Source of the DNA: Glaucostegus cemiculus
Taxonomy: Eukaryota
DNA: 64,000 bases
Direction of reading: 5' to 3'
Assembly: GCA_976551045.1 (NCBI GenBank)
Contig: CDPCPM010000275.1
Span: forward strand, 3,844,001 to 3,908,000
Each line of letters starts with the position of its first letter. Position 1 is the stretch's first letter. Below are positions 39,005 through 51,145 of the stretch, piece after piece. The translations under genes were made by a program, and so were the position numbers. The notes under the pieces were generated by a model. The model ran no database searches. It saw only the letters and a program-made list of their open reading frames with translations, and was not told the origin of the DNA.

Positions 39005-39245
39005 TTTAATTTATTTTACAGCGTGGTAACAGGCCCTTTCTGCCCAACGAGTCCGCGCCGCCCATTTTCAACCCCCAAATTAACCTACCCGTACCGCTTT
39101 AGAATGTGGGAGGAAACTGGAGCACCCGGAGGAAACCCACGCAGACACGGGAGAATGTACAAACTCCTTACAGACAGTGACGGGAATCGAACCCCGATCG
39201 CTGGCGCTGTAACAGCGTCGCGCTAACCGCTACGCTATTGTGCCG
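39005..39245 (-). mobile_element. young V-SINE (HE1-like) with CR1-type tail
   Basis: Intact V-domain and tRNA head with many CpGs retained. The tail matches 46402-46508. Confidence 0.9.
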
Positions 39246-39374
39246 TACTTTTTTTACACTCCTATTACTGATCCATTAACTATAAACTGCAAAGTATGTT
39301 AGTGAGGTTATTTAAACTCCTCATTTAGTTGCAACTGATCTTGTGTATCTTTTGCTGTATTAAGTTTAAATTCT

Positions 39375-39700
39375 CATTTGTCTTGGGGCTCTACTGGATA
39401 AAGTGAGAGGTGGTTTTGCCTGGCTAGAGAGCCTAGCACTTGAGGCATGTTCTCAGTTTAAGGGATTGGCCATTTAAGACTGAGAAGAGAGATGTCTTTG
39501 CTCAGAAGATTATGAATCCATCACATTCTCTATACCAAAGGGCTGTGGATGCTGTCTCATAGAGTACGTTCAAACCTGAGCTCAATGGATCTTTGGGCAC
39601 TGAGGGAGTTAAGGGGTTTGGGGATTGGAGGCGAAGGTCTTGTTGAGTTTGAGTTGCCCCTTGTTGAATGGTGACGGGTCAAATGGCCTGCTCTTGTCTG
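39375..39700 (+). mobile_element. CR1 3' end fragment
   Basis: CCATTTAAGACTGAG...CAGAAGATTATGAATC...GGGCTGTGGATGCT...AAATGGCCT. Confidence 0.65.
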
Positions 39701-39954
39701 TTTCCTCATCTCTTTTGTTTCTAATTGAATAGTACTTTGGGTGCTTTCTGTACAGAACAATAAAACACAATATAAAAATTGTAGAATTATACTGTCCACT
39801 GAAATTTAGAGATAACTCTTTGACAAGTTGGTCATGTCACGCCAGCCATCCGATTTCTACTCCTTTGAATTTCGTCGGTAGGTTGTCAGCCTCGGTACAG
39901 GGGCTCTCTGGTTTATGAATGACCTGACTTATGGAAATCTGACTTCATGCAAAC

Positions 39955-40165
39955 TCCTCCAAGATTCTACCTCTCACCGACACAAGAGGCAATTTGCAGT
40001 GACTAATTAACCTACTAACCAGCACATCTTTAGGATGTGGGAGGAAACTGGAAACCCATGCAGTCCAAGGAAGAACATGCAAACTCCACACAACAGCACT
40101 GGAGTGCAGGATTGAGCCTGGGTCACTGGAGCTGTGAGGCAGCTGCTTTAGCTGCTCCACTGTGC
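39955..40165 (-). mobile_element. V-SINE, degenerate
   Basis: ATGTGGGAGGAAACTGGAAACCCATGCAG...AAACTCCACAC...ATTGAGCCTGGGTC. Confidence 0.8.
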
Positions 40166-40749
40166 AGAGATTGACAGATTTTTGTTAATGAAGGGATATG
40201 GGGAAAGGTAATTGGAGTTAGGTCACAGATCAGGCAGAGTCTCATTCAGGGTGGGACAGATTCATGGGGTGAATTGGCCTGTCCTTATGGTGAAATGTCC
40301 CTTTAAGTATGATAACCAAATATGATTAGATGGTTTTGAAAATAATTTAGCAAATTAATTTTGTGATTAATTATGATATTGAATTTGTTACTGTCTATGA
40401 ATTTTGGAAAACATCTTTTTATTGTGCCACATTCTTTGAAATAGTTTGAAGCATCACAAGCCAATGGAAACATAAAATAAAATCATGAAATAAAATTAAC
40501 TTCTTGTTTTCAATCCTATGCTCATGAAGACAAGGGATGTTGATGTTGAGGAAAATTTCAGGTATTTATTTGTCATCATCTGGAGCTCCTGTTTTGGTTT
40601 AGGTATAGACTAATGTCTGTTCAGTTTTCTTACAGTGGTCACAACACTACAGCTGCAGCCTGATAGATGCATTCCTATTTATCCATTTCTGCACCAGCCA
40701 TCTTGAGTTTGGGGCAGTTTTATTACTGTGCAATTGGTGCTGTCAAAAA

Positions 40750-41342
40750 TAATTACCCTTAATAAGGTGGGAGTGAGCCGGTTTCTTGAACTGCTTTGGT
40801 CCCTCTGGTGAAGGTTGTCCTAAAATGAAGTTGCATGTGGAGTTCTAGGATTTAGACCAGCAACAATGGCAATATATTTCTGAGTCAGGATGGTGTGCGA
40901 CTTAGAGGGCAAATTGCAGATAGTGTTCTTCTCATGTGCCTGTTGCTCTTGTACTTCTTAGGGTAGAGGTCACAGTTTGAGAGATCCTGTTGCAGCAGCC
41001 TGGGTGAGTAACTGCAGTGTATTTTGTAGGTGGTGCACAATGCAGCCACCGTGTACCTCATTTGGAGGGAATGAATGATGAGAGAGGTAGATGGGGTTCA
41101 AATCAAGAGCCTTGCTTTGACCTGGATGGTATCAAGCCTTTTGAGAGTTGTTGGAGCTACGCTCATCCTGGAAAATAGAGAGTTTCCCATCTCACACCTG
41201 ATTTGTGCCTTCTAGATCGTGAAAAGGCTTTGGGTGTCAGGAAATGAGTCACTCACTGCAGGATACCTAGACTCTGACCTGCTCTTGTTGTCATGGTAAT
41301 ATGGTTGCCCAGTTGAGTTTCTGATCAATGGCGACACCCAGG
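40750..41342 (-). mobile_element. L2/CR1-clade LINE 3' fragment
   Basis: Minus strand reads GVAIDQKLNW...TRAGQSLGILQ*VTHFLTPQSL, the post-RT region of non-LTR ORF2. Confidence 0.75.
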
Positions 41343-41349
41343 AACAAAG

Positions 41350-42380
41350 GAAACACCTTATCTAAATATTAAGAGATTGCAGAGCTCTGAAATGTAAATG
41401 GATCAGGATGTTCATGATTTGGAAAAGACAAGAGTCAGCAATTAGTTAGTGATAGTAACAGAATGCTTGGAGAACTGGATACAAAAGTAGTGATGTTATG
41501 CCTCAATTATATAGGGAACTGGTGAAATCACATCTGGTAAACTTATTTAAGGAAGGGTGCTAATTCACTGGAAGCAGTTTGCAGAAGTTATACCGGACTA
41601 ATATCTGGACTTGGTGGGTTGTTTTGTGAAGAAAAGTTAGACAAGCTAAGTTTGTATCCACTGGAGTTTAGAAACGTGAGAGAGAATTGACTGAAACATA
41701 TAAGATTCTGAGGGGTCTTTATAGGATAGATATGGAGATGTTCTTTCCTCAGAGGTCATAGAGTCATGAAGTCATAGAGGGTCACAGAGAGAGACGCTGA
41801 GTCTGTACCAACCATCAACATTTACACTAATCCTACATTTATCCATTTTTTAAATTCTCCCCACATTGTAATCAACTCCCACCAGCTTCTACCACTGACC
41901 TACACACTGATGGCAATTTACAATGGCAAATTAACCTACCAACCTGCATGTATTTGCAAAGTTGGAAGAATCCAGACCATCCGAAGGAAACCCATGTGGT
42001 CACATTGGGAATGTGGAAACTCCACACAGACAGCACCTGATGTCAGGATTGAACCCGGGTCTCTGGTGCTGTGTGGCAGTGGCTTGACGAGCTGCTTTAC
42101 TGCCCACTGTTACAAGTTATTGTACAAAAATAAGGGGTCACTCATTTCAGAGATAAATTGATTTTTTCTTCTCAGTCAGAGAGTCATGAGTCCTTGGAAC
42201 CTTTATTGTCAAAGATAAATCAAAAGAGTTTCATTGAATATTTTAAAAACAGAATTCTTGATAAACAAAGGAGTGGGATATTATTGTGGGTGGGTGGGAA
42301 TGTGGGGTTGAGAGTACAGTCTGATGAGCCTTGATCTAATGGAGCATACTTGAGGGGCCTGCTCCTAATTTGTATGTTCA
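41350..42380 (+). mobile_element. CR1 3' fragment with nested SINE
   Basis: CR1 ORF2 C-terminal phrases (TTGTATCCACTGGAGTTTAGAA, GAAACATATAAGATTCTGAGGGG) resume after the SINE. Confidence 0.7.
41800..42105 (-). mobile_element. V-SINE nested in CR1
   Basis: GGAAACCCATGTGGTCACA...AAACTCCACACAGACAGCACC...ATTGAACCCGGGTCTCTGG. Confidence 0.8.
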
Positions 42381-43107
42381 TATGCATATACATAAGCTGA
42401 CTCGGTTGACAAAGGGAAATACTCTTGCAAAGGGAGCTGATTAATTGATTCTGACAAGAATGAAGTTGTATGGTTCAAAGAACAACCAGGTACATGCTCA
42501 CTATGTAAACACAGGAAATGTACCTGAGAAACACTTTCTATGAGGCTATCAACAGCAAGATGAAGAGAAAAACCTCAATTCTACCCATATGAAAAGATTA
42601 GACTGAACCAGACAGTACCTGTGGAAATATCCATCCCATTTCAACATTAGATTTAGTTGAGGACTATCAGGAATGTTAGCTACAAACCACTTATTGGCTG
42701 TTCAAGGTACCTGGAAGTAGGTTATATCAGAGGTACATTGTAGTTTTAGGGAATTTCATAGTATGAAAAATCAATATAATATCCACAATGTGTTCTTTCC
42801 ACTGTGAATGCTGCTGTGACTTCACTGAGTAAGTGGAATAGATTCTTTGATGAAAAGGGCAGAAATCATAAATCACAATCCAAGCAGGAACTAAAGGAAC
42901 AAATTGAAACAGAAAGGAGGACCTAAAAGAGGCACTTCATAACAAGGGAAAAGTATTAAAAAAGACATCAAATAATAATAAGACATCCAGATACTGCCTC
43001 TTGATCATTGATAATTTAATATGTGGTGTGGATGTGAGGACACAATGAGAGCAACCCAAGACTCCATCTGGATGCCTTTACTGAAAATGAGCAGATACCC
43101 TTATCTC

Positions 43108-44280
43108 AGCTGGGCTCTGGATTGGGCTGAATTTGTTAAATGTGTCCAGGAAAGTTTTCTCAGGCAATATGTAGATGGCCCTTCTATAGAGGGGGCAATG
43201 TTCAACCTCCTGTTGGGAATGAGGCTGGGCAAGAGGCTGAAGTGTCACTGGGGGAGCACTTTGGGACCAGTTGCTATAATTCTATTACTTTTATAATAGC
43301 TATGGAAAGAGTTAGGACTGTCCCACAAGTTAATGTCCTGAACTGGGGCAAGACTAATTTTGATGACATTGGACAGGAATTTGTAAAGGTTGATTGGGAC
43401 AGGCTGTTTGTGGGTAAAGGGGCATCTGGCAAGTAGGAGGCTTTTAACAGTGTGATAGGGAGAGTTCAGGGCCAACATGTTCCTGTTAGAGTGAAGGGCA
43501 GAGAACAGTGATGTCCTGAAACATATCAACATTACAAAAGAAGGGGTGCAAGCAATGTTGAGACACATAAAGGTAGATAAATCCCAAGGCCTGAACAAAT
43601 ATATCCTTGGATACTATGAGAAGCAAGGGAAAAAATTGTAGGGTCCCTGGCAGAGATTTTTGTATCTTTCTTCATCAGACAGGGCATTGAGTACAAGAGT
43701 TGGAAGGTCATGTTACAACTGTACAAGACGTTGTTGAGACTACACCTGGAATATTGTGTGCACTTCTGGTCACAATACCATCAGAAGGATGTGATGTAGC
43801 TAGGGAAAGTGCAGAAGAGATTCACAAGGGTGTTGCCAAGATTGAAGGGCTTGAGTTATAAGTGGAGACTGAGTAGTCTGGGGCTGTTTTCCCCAGAGCA
43901 AGAAGGCTGAGAGGTGACCTTATAGAAATCTATAATGTCTTTTAGGTTTAGATGAGATGGATTGTCACAGTCTTTCTCCCAGGATAGGGGAGTCTAAAAC
44001 TACAGGGCATGAGTTTACGGTAAAAGAGGAAAGATTCAAAGGGGACCTGAGAGGCAAGTTTTTCTCAGAGAGGATATATGGAACGAACTGCCAGAGGAAC
44101 TGGTAGAAGCGGGTACAATTACAAAGTTTAAAATACATATGGACAGGTACGTGGATAGGAAAGGTTCAGAGGAATATGGCCTAAGTTCAGACATATGAAA
44201 CTACTCAGGCGTGCACTTTGGTTGGACCGGACGAGTTGGGGCAAAGGGCCTGTTTTCATGCTATGACTATGACTCCATGA
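43108..44280 (+). mobile_element. internally deleted CR1 (endonuclease C-terminus joined to ORF2 3' end)
   Basis: FVKCVQESFLRQYVDGP, GNEAGQ..VSLGEHFGTSCYNSI and LNWGKTNF, then LYKTLLRLHLEYCV, and the 3' end GGGCAAAGGGCCTGTTT with (TATGAC)n. Confidence 0.85.
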
Positions 44281-46401
44281 AAAGGTAATAACGCAGAACA
44301 TTTATTCAGAGGAAATTACATGAATAAAACAAATAAGAGGATGATTGAGTTGAGAATAGGTTATCTGTGTGGAAAGTGGAACAAAAAACTATGGAGACTT
44401 TTTTCTTTAAAATAAAGGATCAAATGACGATTAGGTCCAGAATCACAGTGTGAAAATATAAATGAGGTTGAGCTTGTTCAAAGCTTTACTGCATTGAAAC
44501 TAAAATAGTGGGTACCTCAAAGGTGGAGGGTCTGTTTTTGTTGCCTGAAATCAGTTGAGTCAGAGAATGGACATCAACCTTTGGATTTTATGATGTCTCA
44601 GAACATACCGTGAAGTATCACATCTGTGTGGTTACCAGCACTTTACATGCCTCCTACTGAGATTATCATCAGTCTTGGTGTCATAGGATATCTGATGACA
44701 AAAAAGAAACAGAGATGAGAAAATTGGTTGACTTGGCAGAAAGAAATTTGGGTAAAGATGAAACAAGGCAGTCTTCCCAGACTCCAGCTAGCCCACTGTG
44801 ATCGTTATGCACTCAGAAAGATATATTGCAGCTGTTGTTAGTTTGTGTTATTTCATTCTCCATTCTGTTTAATGAAGGCAAAATAACACAATGCAGTCAA
44901 CAAAACATGATAACATCTGGCTGCAACCCTGCTTGCATGCCATCGCCCTCATTGCTATTCAATCATACAGTGGCAAACACCAGGCCAGATAGAAGCATTC
45001 AAGAAGTGTCAGATGAGTGATGAGGGAGGTCCTCGGCTGGGCAACACATACTCCCCTGATAGCCATTAGGAATGAGGAATGGAGGAAGATAATGATAACA
45101 TCTATGATGCAAAGTCCTTGTTTGTGGAGCTTCTGGACATGCTTTCTGTTGAAGGATGCAACTAGAACTATGAACCTATGAGAAGCCAGTGCAGACAGTA
45201 TCCCAAAATATGTTGTATTTTTCTGATCAACTAAAGGAATCTATTTCAGCGTACTCATGGAGTACGCTCTTACTGCTACAACAATCTCTGAAGAACACTT
45301 ACATAAATAGGAACCCTGAGATTTTGTCTGATTTGTGAAAGTTTCAAGATGCCAGGGAGACCTTGAGCATCTGCAATGAGAGGATCATAAATAATAAGAT
45401 CTGATTGAGATCATGTGATTTGTTTTCCAGTAAACCTACATTGCCTCAAGGAATAAACCCAGCAGGAGCACTTTGCTGATTTAATTTCTTCTTGGAAATC
45501 CTTTTAGTAAGTTCTGGCAGGTTACCCCACAGATGTGACCATGCTAATTCACAGAACCAGATTACTTCAACCTGATTTGGAGATACAATTAATAGCCAAT
45601 TCTTGTGATCTTATAACGGTTTCTGTTAGAGATAACAACCACTTTAGTCCTCAACATTCATGTAGGCAAACAGCACAGAATAATTTTCTCCATCGTGACC
45701 AAAAGTGACTCCCAAAGATGTTCACATAAACTAGAGATAATAAAACACGCAGAAGCACAATGGTTAAAACTTTGGAAACTGCTATTTGTTGCTATAAAAG
45801 TGGGTGCCACTATTTGACATCAGTGGCTGCAGTTCAAGGTCTTGAGAAATTCCATTGAGTGCCTGTGGATATCTCAGGTATTTATTATTGGTTAATGTCT
45901 AATTTGCCATTCTGGTTCTGGCAAGTGACTATTTTGTAATTGAACTTTTATATATATGGCACATAGCTCAGATGCTATTATCTGGGAAAAAATCTTCAGA
46001 TTTCAAAAAAATCAGTGTGTACAGCCTTGAAGCTGTGTTGTAATGTGTAAAGAGTTGTGTTGTACTTAGGACTACTGTCAAAACTCTTGCCTAAATGCGA
46101 ATGCTTCTTGGGATTTGATCCTTCTCTTTAATCTCACTCACCCACATTTGATGGAATATTCAGCTGAATAGGCCCCATGCGGCCTTCGCCTCATCCTGGC
46201 TCACTATGGCTTTTGTTGACTCCTCCCTTCTTGATCATCAAATAGAGATTCCATTGGCCGGGTTCACGGTGGATCTTTCTCTCTTCCAGGGATTATGATG
46301 GGGAAATTGGTGCTAACCATTGAGGATGTTGATGGTAGCCCTCATGCTCTCCCCATCTTGGGGCAGACATGCTGTTGTGCACACTTGGATGAATCACAAG
46401 C

Positions 46402-46508
46402 TAGAAAAGACGTACGGGTAGGTTAATTTGGGGGGTTTAAAATGGGCGGCGTGGACTCGTTGGGCCGAAAGGGCCTGTTACCACTCTGTAAATAAATTTA
46501 AATTTTAA
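46402..46508 (+). mobile_element. 5'-truncated SINE tail (same family as 39005-39245)
   Basis: GTACGGGTAGGTTAATTTGGGGG...GGACTCGTTGGGCCGAAAGGGCCTGTTACCAC is the reverse complement of the 39020-39095 segment. Confidence 0.85.
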
Positions 46509-47339
46509 AAACGGTCAGAATTGCAGGAGGATAGAAGGAAAATTGTAATCCATTTGACTACCTCTCCCCAAACTGTGTAATGTCATCCACAATTAATATA
46601 TTTTCAATTCTAACCTCAATCTGGTGATTTCAAAATTACATTCCTTGACTGGATAATGATTGATTCAGATTAAATTCAACCATTGGAAGGAAAAATGGAG
46701 GTTGGACAGTCATCAGTTTTAAAATGACATTGCTATGTTGGAGAAGTACTTCATATCAAAGGAACTAAAGGCATGTGTTTCCAAATATCTCTTGTGGGAA
46801 ATTCCAAATCATATTTAAATAATAGAACAAATCTGCCAGGTTGGTTCAGTTCCTGCTGTTGGCGATCAGATACTAGAATAGATAAATGCTGTAACTTGTA
46901 CATAACTACTCAGGAAAATGATGCACCAATAAGTGCTTTATCATGACAATATTTATGTAACAATATTGATCTGTGTGTTTAGGCTGAGAGGGATAGCTTG
47001 ATTTTGTACAATTTCTACATTTAATTTTTCAAATTGAAGAAGAGAACTACTTTATAGTGTTGCCTCTCTTCAGCCACTTCTAAATTCCTAATACATGTTT
47101 TCCTGTTAAATGACATTAAGTGCCTTCCTCACTGGCCTGCCCTCCTTTCTAGCTTCCAATTAATCAAAATCCATTCAAGAGTCATCTTGTACATTAGACT
47201 AGCTCATTATCAATGTCCTCTGGTAGTTGTTCATCACATAATATTCATTGTTCTTTTTTTTCATTTACAAATCAGTTTAGCACCTTCATTCTTGATTGAA
47301 ACATTCCCACTAAACAGATTACAGAGATGTGGAGGGAAC

Positions 47340-47750
47340 TAGACATAAGAAAATAAGAATAGGGGGAGGAGTGGGCCAGATGATTCCTGCCCTACCATTG
47401 AACAAGATCTAGATGTTCTGATCCTTGACTTCAAAACCACTTTCTTACCAATCCCCTTAATCCTTATTGTCCAACACCCTACCTATCTCATCCTCGAATA
47501 TGTCAATGATTTAATCATTGACATATTCAAAAGATTTAATCTTTGGTGGAGACCTACCAGAAATTCACAACACTCTGAAAGCATAAATTCTTTTTTATTT
47601 GTCATATCCTAAGAATGCACTCCATTGTTTTAGACTCCCCGACCAAGGGAAATATTCTCATAGCATCTACTTGTCAACCCACCTCAGAATCTTATATGTT
47701 TCATTGCAATCACATCTCATTCTTATGAGCTCCAGAAAGTATAGGTCTGT
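47340..47750 (-). mobile_element. CR1 3' end fragment
   Basis: ACATAAGAAATAAGAATAGG...CCATTGAACAAGATC...CACCTCAGAATCTTATATGTTTC. Confidence 0.7.
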
Positions 47751-47769
47751 TCTGCAGAAGTGTGAGTAT

Positions 47770-48430
47770 TTTAAAATCAAGGTTTTGCCTAAGTGAGAAC
47801 CATTGTGTTTCAACATACACGGACCTTGGTGCAAGTTAACATATAGCCAATGGAGCTTAGGACCATTTCATATATTTACAAGAGCAGGAGGCTGGCCGAG
47901 AGTAACTTGGAGCAAACTAGAGGGATCAAGTTCATGGTTGTAGGTTTCAGGAACAGGTGAGCTGAGGCAGGAGGAAAGAATGGGTGGTCCTATCAATGAC
48001 ACTTATAAAGTAATCCAAAACTCATCTAGGAATCAGACATATTACCATGGTTGTAAACTATCCAGTTTAGTTTCAGGCAAGGAGAGGGATAAAGGCTAGA
48101 GAATGGAGCCTGTGATTGTGATCAGGGATACTGGCTTCTTTCTTCCCAATCCTAGGAGTAAATTCTGCTCATCCATTACTGGATATCAGACAAGTAATTT
48201 GACACCTTAGTGAGTGGAGGGTTCAAGAGTGATGGTGGTTGAATTGCGGAAGAGCTAATGTCATCAGTGCACATTTGGACACTGTTGCTAAGTTTCAGAA
48301 GCTGTGCCATAAGGGTAGTATGTAGATGAGAAAAAGGAGAAAGCCATGGATGTATTTTCGAGGAACAGCAAAGGCAATGTCAGAGTTGCTGGGAATGAAA
48401 CCATTGCCAGTTGTTCTTTGAATAGTTATA
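47770..48430 (-). mobile_element. L2 LINE reverse transcriptase remnant
   Basis: VPRKYIHGFLLFLIYILPL resembles VPQGSILGPLLFLIYMLPL and is followed by MCTDD (~MYADD). Confidence 0.65.
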
Positions 48431-50499
48431 CTCTGATTAGGACTATTTAATTGATCATGTACTGTGCACCTTTTTAGGTTGAATAGAAAATGTAATTTTT
48501 TTCTACTTAGGTGTATGGTAGTGGGACAATTTTCTGCCATTCTAGAATTAAACATTATAGTTGGAGTTGGAACATGTTGTTTCAGGATTTCACCGCAGTG
48601 AGGTTTGGAGAAAAAAGGCTCAAAGGTGTTTTAAAGTGGAAAATAAGCCCCTCCCTGGTGATTAAGTCCAGGGATATTACTGGATGAGTTTTTATTGCAG
48701 GAAGAAGTTTAAGATCAGTAAATGACAGATATTGTATGCACAGGGTTGCAAACGGGAGCTTCCGCTCCCAACTGTGACCTTGTGTGCTTTTTAATTGAAA
48801 TGCCAGACTTTATTATGGTGGGTTGATTGGAGCTTCATTTCTGTTTTCACAAGGGAATGACTTATTGTTTCTTCAGAAGCAGCTGCTGGAGGCCAGTAAT
48901 TTTTTTTGTGTAGAAAATGCATTGGATGTTTTCATTTCTTTCAATATGGTATTTTAATTTTTAAAGTATGCAATGATTTTTGATTAATAATAGTTGGACT
49001 TCATAAAGTCTGTAAAAAATAAATCTTTGGTGAATGACAAGCAAGAAACTTCAAAGCAGAGAAGTTCCATGGATTTTAAAATCAAATATAGAGAGACCCA
49101 ACAGTATTTAACCGTACCTGAGTTTTATATTCATAAATCTATACAGAACACTTAGATACTAATACTTCCAGGATATAGAATGAAGAGTAGATCATTCATT
49201 TCACAAGCCTGTTGCATGTAGTATAATTCTTTGAACTTCAAGAAAATCATTTCACTCTATGTAATTTATTTTATATTCCCATATTTTAGTGGGGTGTGCA
49301 TAATATACTTATCTTCCTTTTATGGATAAACAAAGCTATTTACCTGGAGTATGAATAATTATAACATAATTTAGTGTTACACATTTTCTATAATTAGATT
49401 TATTGGAAGTTTATTCAATGGTTATGTATCTCAAGAACAAAATATTTGCTCTGCCTGTTTTCAAAAGAAACTCAAAAATATCAGTGGCACAAATCCCTGT
49501 GGGCTTAATAAAATATGATATACTCTGTGTCCATTTGTACACGTCAATATTTATCGCCACTCAAATTTCCTGACAACCTCTTCAATACATCATGGAAAAT
49601 AGAAGTATACATAAATAAGTGGATATCTGGGTGTATAGATTGAGCATCTGAGAAAAGAACCAAACACACCAATTTTTAAGTGTGAAAATTAAATTTTCAA
49701 ACAGTCTAGCTATCATTCCTGCAAATTAGGTCAGCATGTTTAATAATATGTAATTGTGGAAGCTTTTCAGCTTTTAATGGTGCCATGAAAATTTATTCGA
49801 GGAAAATACAATGCTGGTCTCAGTGAGGATTAAAAAAATCTCAAAATGGCAATAAAACACCAGAAAAATTGTTATTTCCTGCTGTAGCTAAAATTCTGGG
49901 CTTAATTTTACAACTGATTTGAACCTTTCTGCAGGAAATTCATGTATACAGCTTTTTAGCCTAAGGGTGGAGCCATTATGTAAACTAAGTTGTAATCAGG
50001 ACAGAGACTGATTGATACGGTTAAAAAGCGAGGAAATTCAAGCACGGCATAATTACATGTGTATCACATTTACAGCTAAGTTTCTTCAATCTTTTTTTGC
50101 CTAATAATTACGTTACGTGCTGATTACACATTTTTGGATGAATCTCTGGAAAAATCTAAAATACTAAGATGCAGAACTTAAGATATATCATACTTATTGA
50201 CCAACTAAACAATTGTACCTAATAAAATCATGCAGCCTCACAGATCTGGGAACTTCAGGCCAAATTGTCAAAAGAAGCAAGATTTATTTTCATATCCTTT
50301 TCTATCATTTAAGTAGCCGACATGAATGATATAACTTCATAAGAGGGTGTGAAAAGATTGAAATATTTCAGCGGTTTGTGAAGAGCACCCAAACCTAGAG
50401 TGTCTGATTGCTTTAATGGCCCACTTACTTGCCTCTCTGGCCATATCAGCAAATAGTACATCTTTAAAATATCTTACCAGATTTATTTTTCTGAGAGAA

Positions 50500-50825
50500 G
50501 GAACACAGTGGCACAGCTGCCACCTCAGAGTTCCAACAACCCAGTTCCAATTCTGACCTCCAATGCTGACTCTGTGGAATTTGCAAGTTCTCTCTGTCAC
50601 CTCATGGGTTTCCTTCTCAATCTCTGGTTTCCTCTCACATAGCAGATCTGTGGGTTGGCAGGTTAAGTGGCTGTTGTAAATTTCCCCCAGCATGTAAGTG
50701 AGTGGTAGTTGGCGGAGAGTTGACGATATGTGCGAAGAATAAAATGGGATTAGTATAAATGGGTGCTCGGTAGTTTGCGTAGACTTGATGGGCCGAAGGG
50801 CCTGTTCTGATGTGTACAACTCAAC
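50500..50825 (+). mobile_element. V-SINE with CR1-type tail
   Basis: TGTGGAATTTGCAAGTTCTC...GGTTTCCTCTCACAT...GGGCCGAAGGGCCTGTT. Confidence 0.8.
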
Positions 50826-50954
50826 TCACAACTTCAAGATGAACCAAAGTGCTTGTGCCAGAGCCAGATGGAAATCAATTTATGTAAAGTAAATTTATGT
50901 AAAGACAGGATATCCTCTCAGGTATTGTTGAGGGCCAGCTCACCTGCTCTTCAT

Positions 50955-51145
50955 GTATTTCCATGGGATCTTTTATGTCCAACTGAAAGGGCTTTGGTTT
51001 AAAGTGTTATCTGACGGATTGCACCTCTGTCAATCCATCATATCAATGTCAGCTTGAAAAATCTGCTTAAATATCTGGAAATGCTGTTTGAACCCATAAC
51101 CTTTTGGCTCAGAGGTGAGAGTGCTACCACTGAGCCACAGCTGAT
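50955..51145 (-). mobile_element. DeuSINE 5' part
   Basis: CCATGGGATCTTTTATGTCC...TTGAACCCATAACCTT...CTCAGAGGTGAGAGTGCTACCACTGAGCCA. Confidence 0.7.
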